Shown piece after piece: positions 1 to 8,964 of a DNA stretch of 64,000 bases. The stretch covers positions 6,851-70,850 of the forward strand of contig JACAFE010000032.1 of NCBI GenBank assembly GCA_013388435.1, read 5' to 3'. The DNA comes from Nitrospirota bacterium. GTDB lineage: Bacteria > Nitrospirota > Thermodesulfovibrionia > Thermodesulfovibrionales > SM23-35. The notes under the pieces were generated by a model. The model did no database searches. It was not told the DNA's origin and worked only from the letters and a program-made list of their open reading frames with translations. The position numbers and the translations under genes are program-made. Within the stretch, counting starts at the first letter, position 1; each line of letters starts with the position of its first letter.

Positions 1-1400
1 TTATCAATAAATAACTCATCCGAAATATTTAATTCAAGATTATATTTGATACTTTTATTCTTAAGAATTTCTTTAGTATGCCATTCAATAGCTGCTGTAA
101 GCCCGAGATGGTCAAGAAGCCCTGGTCTTAATTCTGTCGAAACTTTTTGAATTGTTTTAATCCCGGATTCAACCATTTCTTTCATTGATTCAATTTTCAT
201 TCTGATTGGTTTATGGTTGGTTCTTATTTTTCTTTCGAGCCATGCTAAATCAATATTTAGAACAGTAAAGAGTTGACCTAATTCATCATGCATTTCCCTT
301 GCAATGAATTTTCTTTCCTGTTCAATAGCTGAGTGCAGATATGCAGAAAGACAGCGCAATTGTTCTCGTGAATTCTTTAATTCTTTTTCTGCCTGTTTTC
401 TTTCGGTAATATCTTCGTAAACAAGCACAATCCTGTTATTTTTTGTTTTATTTTCAATGGGAGAAGCGCTGATCATGCAAACAATATCTCTGCCGTCTTT
501 CCTGCGAAGCAAAAATTCTCCAGTAAAAAATTTTGATTTATCAATAGCAGAATGAATCTGTCTGCATATTTTCTGATAATCTTTTGTGCTCCTGCAAAGT
601 ATTTCAGGACTCCGTCCAATAACTTCTTCAGGGTTCCAGCCAAAAACTTTTTTCAATCCTTCGTTAGCAAAAAATATTTTCTGTTTGGTTAATCCAACAA
701 CTGCATGAGGTATTGTTCGGAGAATCGAAGATTTAAGAGCTTCTATTTTCTGTAATTGTCTTACCGCTGATTTGCGTTCTGAAATTTCACGATCTATAGA
801 TATTATAGTCTTGTTTGTTACATCTTTCAGGCTCTCCAGAAGTTCAATACTCGAAATGCCTGTTACCCTTGCGCTTAGATCGCCTTTTGAGACTTTGTGT
901 AAAACATCAAAATATTCTGCAAGACTTATTGCGAATTCATGTGATTGATCAACGATTTCTCCGATTTCCCGGGCAGTTAAATTAATCATGTGTTTGAGCC
1001 TCGAAATTAAATCAATATCCGATTTTTCGGTAATTCTGACAGAAGGGTCACCAGAGGAAATTTTTTTTAGCGCCTCAAAAACTTCGGACATGGCAAGAGC
1101 AAGTTCCATGCTCATATTCTCGAGTTCTCTATCTCTTTCATCAACAATTCTGCGATATTCCTTGATCTGCTCATTAAAAATCCCGCAGGTTTCTGCCATA
1201 GCGCCTGAATCCATATTTTTAACAAAAACCTCACAGTTTATGCACATTTCAACTTTGTCAATGAATTTACCTTGAATTTCGTTCCTGCAATGCGTTCCAG
1301 TAAAGAGCCAGCAATTAAGATTTTTTGAATGGAATGCAGGACATTCAAGTTTATTGCATTTAAAAACTTCCCAGCATTTTACTTTACTCTTAGTCATCAT
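1..1400 (-). CDS. Sensor histidine kinase, C-terminus cut by window edge (Cys-rich N-terminal module, PAS, HisKA_3-type H-box)
   Basis: Absent from the ORF track because there is no stop inside the window. A minus-strand ATG ATG at 1395-1400 opens MMTKSKVKCWEVFKCNKLECPAFHSKNLNCWLFTGTHCRNE..CINCEVF, and the frame stays open to position 1. Further in I read a PAS-like block (GLKKVFGWNPEEVIGR) and the H-box REMHDELGQ. Confidence 0.75.
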   Translation of the reverse strand, partial: MMTKSKVKCWEVFKCNKLECPAFHSKNLNCWLFTGTHCRNEIQGKFIDKVEMCINCEVFVKNMDSGAMAETCGIFNEQIKEYRRIVDERDRELENMSMELALAMSEVFEALKKISSGDPSVRITEKSDIDLISRLKHMINLTAREIGEIVDQSHEFAISLAEYFDVLHKVSKGDLSARVTGISSIELLESLKDVTNKTIISIDREISERKSAVRQLQKIEALKSSILRTIPHAVVGLTKQKIFFANEGLKKVFGWNPEEVIGRSPEILCRSTKDYQKICRQIHSAIDKSKFFTGEFLLRRKDGRDIVCMISASPIENKTKNNRIVLVYEDITERKQAEKELKNSREQLRCLSAYLHSAIEQERKFIAREMHDELGQLFTVLNIDLAWLERKIRTNHKPIRMKIESMKEMVESGIKTIQKVSTELRPGLLDHLGLTAAIEWHTKEILKNKSIKYNLELNISDELFID

Positions 1401-1409
1401 TTTTTTAAG

Positions 1410-1832
1410 TTAATTCACGTTTGATTTTTTCCAGCAGGTTCCATGAATATCAAGACTTGCTCCCTGAAATGCATTAATTCTCTCGACCGTGCCTTCAAAA
1501 ATAATAATATCTCCTGCGGAAATTCCTGAAGTTGCATCCTGTGTTGTAAAAAGCGCAACATTATATCCCTTTTCAGGACTACTCGCAGATGTAAGAATTC
1601 TTATTCTAAATTTTTCCTTGTTTCCGGGGAGTATATTGATCACTTTTCCCTCTCCCCTCGCTATTTTCCCATGAATCTCTTTGAAATATTCCTTAACCTG
1701 AGCTTTATTAACTTTATCGGGATCGATATTGATAAGAATTGTATTCACGTCAAGTTTATTTTCTTCAGCAAATAGATATGAACAAAAAATAACTCCTAAA
1801 ACTATCCAGCAGATATTTTTAAAAATGTTCAT
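1410..1832 (-). CDS. Small exported protein of unknown function
   Basis: A 140-aa ORF with a signal-like N-terminus (ICWIVLGVIFCSYLFAEE). It sits 4-9 nt from the kinase genes on either side, on the same strand. No catalytic motif recognised. Confidence 0.55.
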   Translation of the reverse strand: MNIFKNICWIVLGVIFCSYLFAEENKLDVNTILINIDPDKVNKAQVKEYFKEIHGKIARGEGKVINILPGNKEKFRIRILTSASSPEKGYNVALFTTQDATSGISAGDIIIFEGTVERINAFQGASLDIHGTCWKKSNVN

Positions 1833-1836
1833 AATT

Positions 1837-3990
1837 TCATCCTTTCATTGATTTGTCTTCAATATATGGAATAGTAAAATAAAAAGTTGAACCTTTGCCT
1901 TTTTCCGATTCGACCCAGATTTTCCCGCCATGTTGTTCTACTATGCGCTTGCATATAGCAAGACCTATCCCTGTGCCAGGATATTCTGATTTAGAATGCA
2001 ATCTCTGAAAAATAATGAATATACGTTCTGCATCTTTAGGGTCGATTCCGATGCCATTGTCTTTAATAGAAAACAACCATTCGCCATTATTTTTTTTCGA
2101 AGAAATATGAATATGAGGCTTTTGATTGCTCTTAAATTTAATAGCATTTGCAATTAAATTCTGAAATAGACTTACGAGCTTGGTGGCATCTGCCATAACA
2201 ACCGGAAGGTTATCATATGTTATATTTGCGTTATTTTCCTCGATAGCGGTCTTTAGATTTGCAAGGGCATTTTCAAGTACTTTTGCGCAGTCAGTTGGTT
2301 TGAAAGTCTTTCCTTTTGTGCCTATCTGCGAATATGCCAGAAGATCCTTTATCAATGTATCCATTCTATTTATGCCTTCTAAAGTTAAATTAATGAACTC
2401 GTCGGCTTTTGTGTCGAGTTTGTCTTTATAGCGTTTTGCGAGTAATTTTATAAAACCTGCTACAACGCGTAAGGGTTCTTGAAGATCATGGGATGTGGCA
2501 TAGGCAAACTGCTGTAAATCGAAATTGGAACGCTTTAATTCTTCATTCAATTTCAGTAGATTTTCTTCTGCAACCTTGCGATTGGTAATGTCCCTTGAAT
2601 TCACAACGATTCCTGCAACAGCAGGGTTATCAAGGAGATTTTTTCCAGTAACTTCCAGTACCCGCCATGAGCCATTTTTATGTTTGAATCTCACCTCAAG
2701 AGAAAGAGAAACCCCTGGATTCTTAATTGAATTCGAAAGTGTATTAACAGCTACTTTAATATCTTCAGGATGAACAAAATCAAGGACTTTTTTGCCAATA
2801 AGTTCTGTTTTACTATAACCGAGAAATCTTTCTATTGAAGGGCTTTCATATTTTATTGTTCCATCAGCCTCAAGAATTGTTATCATATCAGAAGAATTTT
2901 CAGTAATAAGCCTGAAATATTCCTCGCTGCGTTTAACATTTTCTTCAGCTCTTTTATTTATAAGAGCTATTGCGGCTATCTCTGAGAAGGCTGTCGCCAT
3001 TCTTGAATCATCTTCAGTAAATCCCGAAGGTTTATTTGCTAATCCGAGCAATCCAATGACTTTATTTTCAATAATCATTGGAGCAAAAAGAATGTTATTG
3101 ATTTTTATATGACCTTTGGGCAAAAACTGTGCCCATTTGCTTTCGCCAAAATTATTATTGAATATTGTCTTGCAGGTTTTATAAACTTCCCCTCTTAAGC
3201 CTCTTACAGGCATTCCGACTTCTGTTTTTACAGAACAGGTCTCCGTGCCAGAATCAATAAATATAATTTCGATTTCGAGGGTATTTTCTTTCAATAAAGC
3301 TATATAGCCGGAAGATGCTCCTGTAAGATTTCTGCATGCATAAAAAATAGAGCGGGCCGTACTTTCGAAATCATGGTATTTCAAAATAGAACGGGTACTT
3401 TCAAGCAAGGCAGCTATTTCCGCCTGTCTATTCCTGGAGAGTTCAAGAGCTTCAATTAATGAATACTCAGTGTCCATTAGTTTTGTTACGTCTGTGAGGG
3501 CTGTTCTGAAATTTCTGCATTTTCCATCGGAATCATTAACCGGCATGCTCTGTAGCTGGAAATAAAACAACTTACCGTCTTTGCGAATTATTCTTAGTTC
3601 ACATGATTGTGGAGACTGTTTCAGAATAATGTCTTTGCAGTGAGCCCTGAATATTTCCATATCATCCTGTTCAATAAACATTGAAAAGGGTTTGTTTATC
3701 AGATATTCTTTTTTCATCCCGAGCATATTTGCTCCCGTAAGATTTACATCAAGTATCAATCCATTTTTATCAAAAGTAAAATATCCTAAAGGAGCAAAAT
3801 CATAAAGGTCTCTGTATTTGTTTTTAGAATCCTCGAGCTCTTCTTTCAACTTAAGAAGTTCAAGGTTATATTTTTCGAGTTCTTCCTGCTTGGATTCGAG
3901 TTCATTGATTAAACGTTCTGTATCAAGAAATGATAATTCCTGTAATTTTTTATTTTGAGCTCTTATTTTCTTAATTGATGATTTCCCCAT
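1837..3990 (-). CDS. Sensor histidine kinase (coiled coil, PAS, GAF-like, PAS, HisKA, HATPase_c)
   Basis: 717 aa. H-box [12 protein letters not shown]-box [10 protein letters not shown]-boxes DNGIGI and [13 protein letters not shown]. Confidence 0.9.
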   Translation of the reverse strand: MGKSSIKKIRAQNKKLQELSFLDTERLINELESKQEELEKYNLELLKLKEELEDSKNKYRDLYDFAPLGYFTFDKNGLILDVNLTGANMLGMKKEYLINKPFSMFIEQDDMEIFRAHCKDIILKQSPQSCELRIIRKDGKLFYFQLQSMPVNDSDGKCRNFRTALTDVTKLMDTEYSLIEALELSRNRQAEIAALLESTRSILKYHDFESTARSIFYACRNLTGASSGYIALLKENTLEIEIIFIDSGTETCSVKTEVGMPVRGLRGEVYKTCKTIFNNNFGESKWAQFLPKGHIKINNILFAPMIIENKVIGLLGLANKPSGFTEDDSRMATAFSEIAAIALINKRAEENVKRSEEYFRLITENSSDMITILEADGTIKYESPSIERFLGYSKTELIGKKVLDFVHPEDIKVAVNTLSNSIKNPGVSLSLEVRFKHKNGSWRVLEVTGKNLLDNPAVAGIVVNSRDITNRKVAEENLLKLNEELKRSNFDLQQFAYATSHDLQEPLRVVAGFIKLLAKRYKDKLDTKADEFINLTLEGINRMDTLIKDLLAYSQIGTKGKTFKPTDCAKVLENALANLKTAIEENNANITYDNLPVVMADATKLVSLFQNLIANAIKFKSNQKPHIHISSKKNNGEWLFSIKDNGIGIDPKDAERIFIIFQRLHSKSEYPGTGIGLAICKRIVEQHGGKIWVESEKGKGSTFYFTIPYIEDKSMKG

Positions 3991-4175
3991 ATAGATATTC
4001 TTTGAAAGTTTTATTTATAACACTATTCCTGATAAAGATTTTTAATGCCCTGCATCTGTAATAGTCAATATAACTAAATTATATTAATTTAATAATCTAT
4101 TAGCAAATTCTGATAAAAATAAATTTATTACGCAAGAAATTGAACAACTTCTTATAAATACATTATAGTAGATTT

Positions 4176-6011
4176 ATGTTTAAAGAGCGAGATTATGATG
4201 TAATTGTTATTGGAGCAGGTCATGCAGGCTGTGAAGCAGCTCTTGCACCTGCGCATCTCGGACTTTCAACCTGTTTATTCACAATCAATCTCGACACCAT
4301 CGGACAGATGTCGTGTAATCCAGCTATAGGTGGTCTTGCAAAGGGTCATCTTGTAAGGGAAATAGATGCTCTCGGCGGAGAAATGGCAAAGGTAACTGAT
4401 AAAGCAGGCATTCAATTCAGATTATTGAATTTATCAAAAGGACCAGCTGTATGGTCATTAAGGGCACAGGCTGACAGGGTCTTATATAAACTTGAGATGC
4501 GTAAGGCTATAGAATCTCAAAGAAATCTTGATGTTAAACAGGCATTGATTGATGAGATTATAATAGAAGATGGAAGAGTTAAGGGAGTTGTTACTTCTCT
4601 CGGTATATTTTATGGAGCGCGTGCTGTAATAGTAACTACAGGAACATTTTTAAAAGGTTTAATACATATAGGACTTGAGAATTTCTCTGCAGGACGAGCG
4701 GGTGAATTCCCTTCAATTAAACTTTCTGAATGCCTGAGGAATCTTGGATTAAAAATGGGAAGACTCAAGACTGGAACTCCCCCGCGTCTGGATGCCAAAA
4801 CAATAGATTTTTCAAAAACAGAAACTCAATTCGGAGATGACCCTCCACCACATTTTTCTCACAGTACCGAAAAAATAACAAATCCACAACTGCCCTGTTA
4901 TATTACATATACTAACAAAGAAACTCATAAAATTATTCTCTCCAATCTTGACCGGTCACCGTTATACAGCGGTAAGATCAAAGGCACAGGCGCAAGATAC
5001 TGCCCTTCTATTGAAGATAAAGTAGTAAAGTTTGCGGAACGCGAAAGGCATCAGGTGTTTCTCGAGCCTGAGGGTCTTGAAACCAAAGAATATTATGCAA
5101 ATGGAATTCCAACAAGTCTTCCATACGATGTTCAAGTAAAATTCGTAAGAACAATTTCAGGACTCGAAGAGGCTGAAATTATGAGACCAGGCTATGCAAT
5201 CGAATATGACTTTGTTTATCCTTCTCAATTAAAACACTCTCTTGAAACAAAAACAATTCAGGGTCTTTTCCTTGCAGGACAGATTAACGGTACTTCTGGA
5301 TATGAAGAAGCTGCTGCACAGGGACTTATAGCTGGCATAAATGCAGCGCTTAAAATAAAAGGTAAAGAACCATTTATTCTTGGAAGACATGAAGCATATA
5401 TAGGAGTTCTTATCGACGACCTTATAACAAAAGGGACAAAAGAACCTTACAGAATGTTTACTTCAAGAGCAGAATACAGACTATTGTTAAGACATGATAA
5501 TGCTGATTTGCGTCTTATGGATAAAGGATATGCTCTTGGACTCATTAATGAAGATCTATATAAAAAATTCAAAGAGAAAAAAGAACTAATCAATGAAGAA
5601 TTGAATCGTATCAGAAACACAAGAATTAAGCTGGATATTAATAAAACAGAAAGTCTCGAACAATTACTGAAACGACCCGAAAATAACTATGAAATTATCG
5701 AAAAACTCTGTCCATCAAATAAATCTTTATCAGACGAGGTTAAAAAACAGGTTGAGATACAGGTAAAATATCAGGGATATATCAATCAGCAGATGCAGAT
5801 GGCTGAAAGACTCAAAAAAATAGAAAACAAAAAAATACCTGAAGATTTTGATTTTAAGAAAATTAGCGGTTTATCACGTGAAGTTCTTGCAAAACTTGAG
5901 GAAATCAGACCGGAAAATCTCGGGCAGGCAAGCAGAATTCCGGGAATAACACCAGCAGCTATTTCATTACTTCTTATTGCCATAGAAAAATTAAGAAAAG
6001 GACAAACATAA
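4176..6011 (+). CDS. mnmG: tRNA uridine 5-carboxymethylaminomethyl modification enzyme MnmG (GidA)
   Basis: 611 aa. FAD motif VIVIGAGHAGCEAA, GLFLAGQINGTSGYEEAAAQG, and the length typical of the family. Confidence 0.95.
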   Translation: MFKERDYDVIVIGAGHAGCEAALAPAHLGLSTCLFTINLDTIGQMSCNPAIGGLAKGHLVREIDALGGEMAKVTDKAGIQFRLLNLSKGPAVWSLRAQADRVLYKLEMRKAIESQRNLDVKQALIDEIIIEDGRVKGVVTSLGIFYGARAVIVTTGTFLKGLIHIGLENFSAGRAGEFPSIKLSECLRNLGLKMGRLKTGTPPRLDAKTIDFSKTETQFGDDPPPHFSHSTEKITNPQLPCYITYTNKETHKIILSNLDRSPLYSGKIKGTGARYCPSIEDKVVKFAERERHQVFLEPEGLETKEYYANGIPTSLPYDVQVKFVRTISGLEEAEIMRPGYAIEYDFVYPSQLKHSLETKTIQGLFLAGQINGTSGYEEAAAQGLIAGINAALKIKGKEPFILGRHEAYIGVLIDDLITKGTKEPYRMFTSRAEYRLLLRHDNADLRLMDKGYALGLINEDLYKKFKEKKELINEELNRIRNTRIKLDINKTESLEQLLKRPENNYEIIEKLCPSNKSLSDEVKKQVEIQVKYQGYINQQMQMAERLKKIENKKIPEDFDFKKISGLSREVLAKLEEIRPENLGQASRIPGITPAAISLLLIAIEKLRKGQT

Positions 6012-6058
6012 AAAATTCTCATTATTGATAATCTTTTCTCAATAATGAGAATTTTAAA
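6012..6058 (+). terminator. Hairpin terminator after mnmG
   Basis: Perfect 17-bp stem, aaaattctcattattga (6012-6028) with tcaataatgagaatttt (6039-6055), and a 10-nt loop. The T-run lies at the 3' end of the stem. The stem is AT-rich, so its strength is uncertain. Confidence 0.55.
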
Positions 6059-6356
6059 ATTATCCTTCCGAAATAACTCCTGTAATATCCCGATAATAAA
6101 AGATTTTTCATTTATATTTTTAATGGCATAGCATTTGCTTAATATAATTTCAGGAAATTTCCATAAAATCTTCTACATGTAGAGAATCAAAATGAAGGGT
6201 TAAGCTGGAGTCTTCAGCAACCCAAGCAGACTGAAAAATCAGGTATCTGTCTGATACCTCTGAAAGTTAAAAGGAGGTGGTTATAAGAAGGATTTTTTAT
6301 CAGTGTAAGGCAAAATTAGAAATTAACTTGGAAATTTTATGAGGAGGAAATAAGGA

Positions 6357-7142
6357 ATGAAAAGAACGAGTTTTTTAGTAGCTATTTTAATAGCAATATT
6401 TGTTTCAGTTCCATTTATGGTTCAGGCAGCAATTAATCTTGGTGGCTCAGGTGCAGCAGCACCCGGACCAATGGTAAAATATGAACCTATTCCGGAAGGG
6501 CCGATAGGACTCTTGAATGGCGGGAAACATTATCAGATAAACCCTAAAAAAACAGCTTTGTTTATAATTGATCCTCAGAAAGTTTATTCTGATCCCGCAA
6601 GTCCTCTTTATTGTGAGAAGTATCAAACCGCTCTGGCAAATATCGAGAAACTTGCCAGGGCAGCACATGACAAAGGCATTAAAGTTTTCTTAATTAAACA
6701 CGTTTATTATTCAGATGGCAACGGCGGTTATACAAATTGCGGCAGACTCTGTGATTTTGGTGTACAGGCACTATGGGGTGATGACAATCCGTGGTCTGAA
6801 CTTGATGTTACACCGGGTATTCTTAAGCTTGCAAATTTCTATGCTGAGAAGTCAATTTATAGCTCATTTACTATACCTGTTGCCAGCATGTTAAGAATTC
6901 TTAAGATTGACACAGTGATAATTACAGGTTATATGACCGAATTTTGCTCTGTAACAGCTACAAGACATGGACATGACCTTGGATTCAAAATGATTTATGT
7001 AAAAGATGCAAATGATGGTCCGGCATTGCTTGAATCTTTAGGCGGTATAGATGAAAATGCGGCAATACCTTTCTGGCTTAGCATTCCTGTGGCAGATGTT
7101 TATGAAACTACCGATGATTTAATTAACGCATTACAGCAGTAA
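6357..7142 (+). CDS. Isochorismatase-family cysteine hydrolase with N-terminal signal peptide
   Basis: 261 aa. Signal-like LVAILIAIFVSVPFMVQA. ALFIIDPQ and ITGYMTEFCSVTATRHG match the Asp and Cys regions of the family's catalytic triad. Confidence 0.75.
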   Translation: MKRTSFLVAILIAIFVSVPFMVQAAINLGGSGAAAPGPMVKYEPIPEGPIGLLNGGKHYQINPKKTALFIIDPQKVYSDPASPLYCEKYQTALANIEKLARAAHDKGIKVFLIKHVYYSDGNGGYTNCGRLCDFGVQALWGDDNPWSELDVTPGILKLANFYAEKSIYSSFTIPVASMLRILKIDTVIITGYMTEFCSVTATRHGHDLGFKMIYVKDANDGPALLESLGGIDENAAIPFWLSIPVADVYETTDDLINALQQ

Positions 7143-7162
7143 AATTCTATCTGTTTTTATAT

Positions 7163-7205
7163 AAAGAGAGCCTGTTTATACGGGCTCTCTTTGTTTTTGT
7201 TTTAC
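7163..7205 (+). terminator. Rho-independent terminator after the isochorismatase-family gene
   Basis: Stem aaagagagcctg (7163-7174) with cgggctctcttt (7181-7192), 12 bp including one G-U pair, and a 6-nt loop, followed by gtttttgtttt. Confidence 0.75.
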
Positions 7206-7215
7206 AATATTTACA

Positions 7216-7244
7216 ATGACTTTTCTTATTTTCTTTGATATACT
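7216..7244 (+). promoter_or_regulatory. Candidate sigma70-type promoter with extended -10
   Basis: ATGACT (7216-7221), a 17-nt spacer, then TGaTATACT (TG at 7236-7237, -10 at 7239-7244). Confidence 0.3.
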
Positions 7245-7267
7245 TTAAATAATCTTTATATATTAAG

Positions 7268-7318
7268 CCCCCCTGGTACAACCTTATTGAAGGAATTGCA
7301 TTCAGGGGGTTTATTTTT
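7268..7318 (+). terminator. Hairpin plus T-run just upstream of kdsC (attenuator or small-RNA terminator candidate)
   Basis: cccccctg (7268-7275) pairs with caggggg (7303-7309), with an inner CCTT/AAGG stem. It is followed by tttattttt (7310-7318), 12 nt before the kdsC ATG. Confidence 0.4.
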
Positions 7319-7329
7319 AATGGAGTGGT

Positions 7330-7839
7330 ATGAGCAAACTGACAAGAAAACAAATTATCGATATAGCAAAAAATATAAAATTGCTCATTCTTGATGTTGA
7401 CGGCGTATTAACAGATGGGAGCATAATAATTGATAACAATGGCAATGAGATAAAATCATTTCATGTTAGAGACGGACACGGTATTGTAATGCTTTTGAGA
7501 AAAGGAATTAAAGTTGCTTTAATTACCGGAAGATATTCGAAAATAGTGGAAATAAGGGCAAGGGAACTCGGCATTAAAGATGTTTTTCAGAGATGCCGTG
7601 AAAAAGAGAGTGCTTATAAGATGCTTGCAAATAAATATAAACTTAAAAATAATGAGATTGCCTGCATGGGAGATGATGTTGTTGACATAGAGTTGCTTAA
7701 AATGTGTGGTTTACCGATTGCAGTGGCTGATGCTCATAGAGAAGCTAAAATGCATTCAATAATGATAACAAAGGAAAAAGGCGGAAAAGGAGCTGTAAGA
7801 GAGGTTTGCGATTTCATACTTAAAGCCAAAGGTTTTTAG
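7330..7839 (+). CDS. kdsC: 3-deoxy-D-manno-octulosonate 8-phosphate phosphatase (KdsC, HAD family)
   Basis: 169 aa. HAD motif I LILDVDGVLTDG and motif IV MGDDVVD. The size is typical of KdsC. Confidence 0.85.
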   Translation: MSKLTRKQIIDIAKNIKLLILDVDGVLTDGSIIIDNNGNEIKSFHVRDGHGIVMLLRKGIKVALITGRYSKIVEIRARELGIKDVFQRCREKESAYKMLANKYKLKNNEIACMGDDVVDIELLKMCGLPIAVADAHREAKMHSIMITKEKGGKGAVREVCDFILKAKGF

Positions 7840-7840
7840 T

Positions 7841-8374
7841 ATGAGTACCCTTAAAATAAATATTCCAACACTTTTAACCCTTAGCAGAATAATACTAATA
7901 CCGGTATTTATATTTTCAGTCCGACTTCATCCGATATTTGGAGCTCTGATTTTTGGTATTGCCTCACTCACTGATTTTCTTGACGGATACCTTGCAAGAC
8001 GTTCCGGTGAAATCACAAAATTCGGAATAATTCTTGATCCTATTGCGGATAAATTCCTCGTAATTTCTGCCCTGATCGTTCTGGTAGATATGGAAAGGCT
8101 CGCCGCATGGATAGCTATTGTAATCATTGTAAGAGAATTCTTAATAACAGCTCTCAGGGTGGTAGCGCTTTCAAAGGACATTGTTATACCTGCGGAGATT
8201 GGTGGGAAAATAAAAACAGGTGTTCAAATAGCTGCAATCTTATGCCTCGTTCTTAACAGAGCTCTTTTTGACATTAACCTGTATGATATTGGCATTATTT
8301 TAATCTGGGCTGCTATGATTTTATCAATTATTTCAGGTGTTAAATATACAATATCATTTGGTAAAAATCTATGA
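7841..8374 (+). CDS. pgsA: CDP-diacylglycerol--glycerol-3-phosphate 3-phosphatidyltransferase
   Basis: 177 aa, multi-TM, with the CDP-alcohol phosphatidyltransferase motif DFLDGYLARRSGEITKFGIILDPIADK. Confidence 0.9.
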   Translation: MSTLKINIPTLLTLSRIILIPVFIFSVRLHPIFGALIFGIASLTDFLDGYLARRSGEITKFGIILDPIADKFLVISALIVLVDMERLAAWIAIVIIVREFLITALRVVALSKDIVIPAEIGGKIKTGVQIAAILCLVLNRALFDINLYDIGIILIWAAMILSIISGVKYTISFGKNL

Positions 8375-8964
8375 TAAAACTTTTAATACTTTTCCTTGTC
8401 GCATTTTTTATAGGTTCTGTTCCTTTTGGTATAATAATAGCTAAGGCAAAAGGTGTTGATTTACGAAAAGCTGGAAGCAGAAATATAGGCGCTACAAATG
8501 TACTGAGGTCGCTCGGAAAAGGACCGGCATTATTTACCCTTTTAGGAGATGTCTTGAAAGGAACACTGGCTGTAGCTCTCGGAAGATATTTTGGTCTTGA
8601 TATATTTAATACAGGCTTGGTATCACTTGGCGCGATACTCGGACATAACTTCTCGATTTTCCTTGGCTTTAGAGGAGGCAAAGGAGTTGCCACAAGCATA
8701 GGAGTTCTAATTTTATATTCTCCTCTGATAGCTGTAATTACAATTGTTATCTGGCTGGTTACAGCCATTACAAGCCGCTACTCATCATTGGGTGCAATAG
8801 TATCTTTCTGTCTTCTGCCATTAAATATTTATCTTTTTGACATACAATATAAAGATAAAATAATCATAGCTTTCATTATTACGATTTTACTTCTGCTGAG
8901 ACATAGAGAAAACATAAACAGACTGTTAAAAGGTACCGAGAGGAAAATTGGTGAAAGAGCATGA
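8371..8964 (+). CDS. plsY: Glycerol-3-phosphate acyltransferase PlsY
   Basis: 197 aa, multi-TM, GSRNIGATNVLR motif, and a 4-nt overlap with pgsA. Confidence 0.9.
   Translation: MIKLLILFLVAFFIGSVPFGIIIAKAKGVDLRKAGSRNIGATNVLRSLGKGPALFTLLGDVLKGTLAVALGRYFGLDIFNTGLVSLGAILGHNFSIFLGFRGGKGVATSIGVLILYSPLIAVITIVIWLVTAITSRYSSLGAIVSFCLLPLNIYLFDIQYKDKIIIAFIITILLLLRHRENINRLLKGTERKIGERA

Noticed and set aside
6190-6240. Resemblance of CUUCAGCAACCCAAG to the NAD+ (nadA-motif) riboswitch core, upstream of an isochorismatase/nicotinamidase-family gene
   Set aside because: The CCC run has no GGG pairing partner and the tandem-domain architecture is missing. The similarity is limited to a few bases recalled from memory, so I make no riboswitch call.
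8340-8768. 142-aa minus-strand ORF
   Set aside because: It is antisense to plsY, whose identity is secure. It has no motifs.
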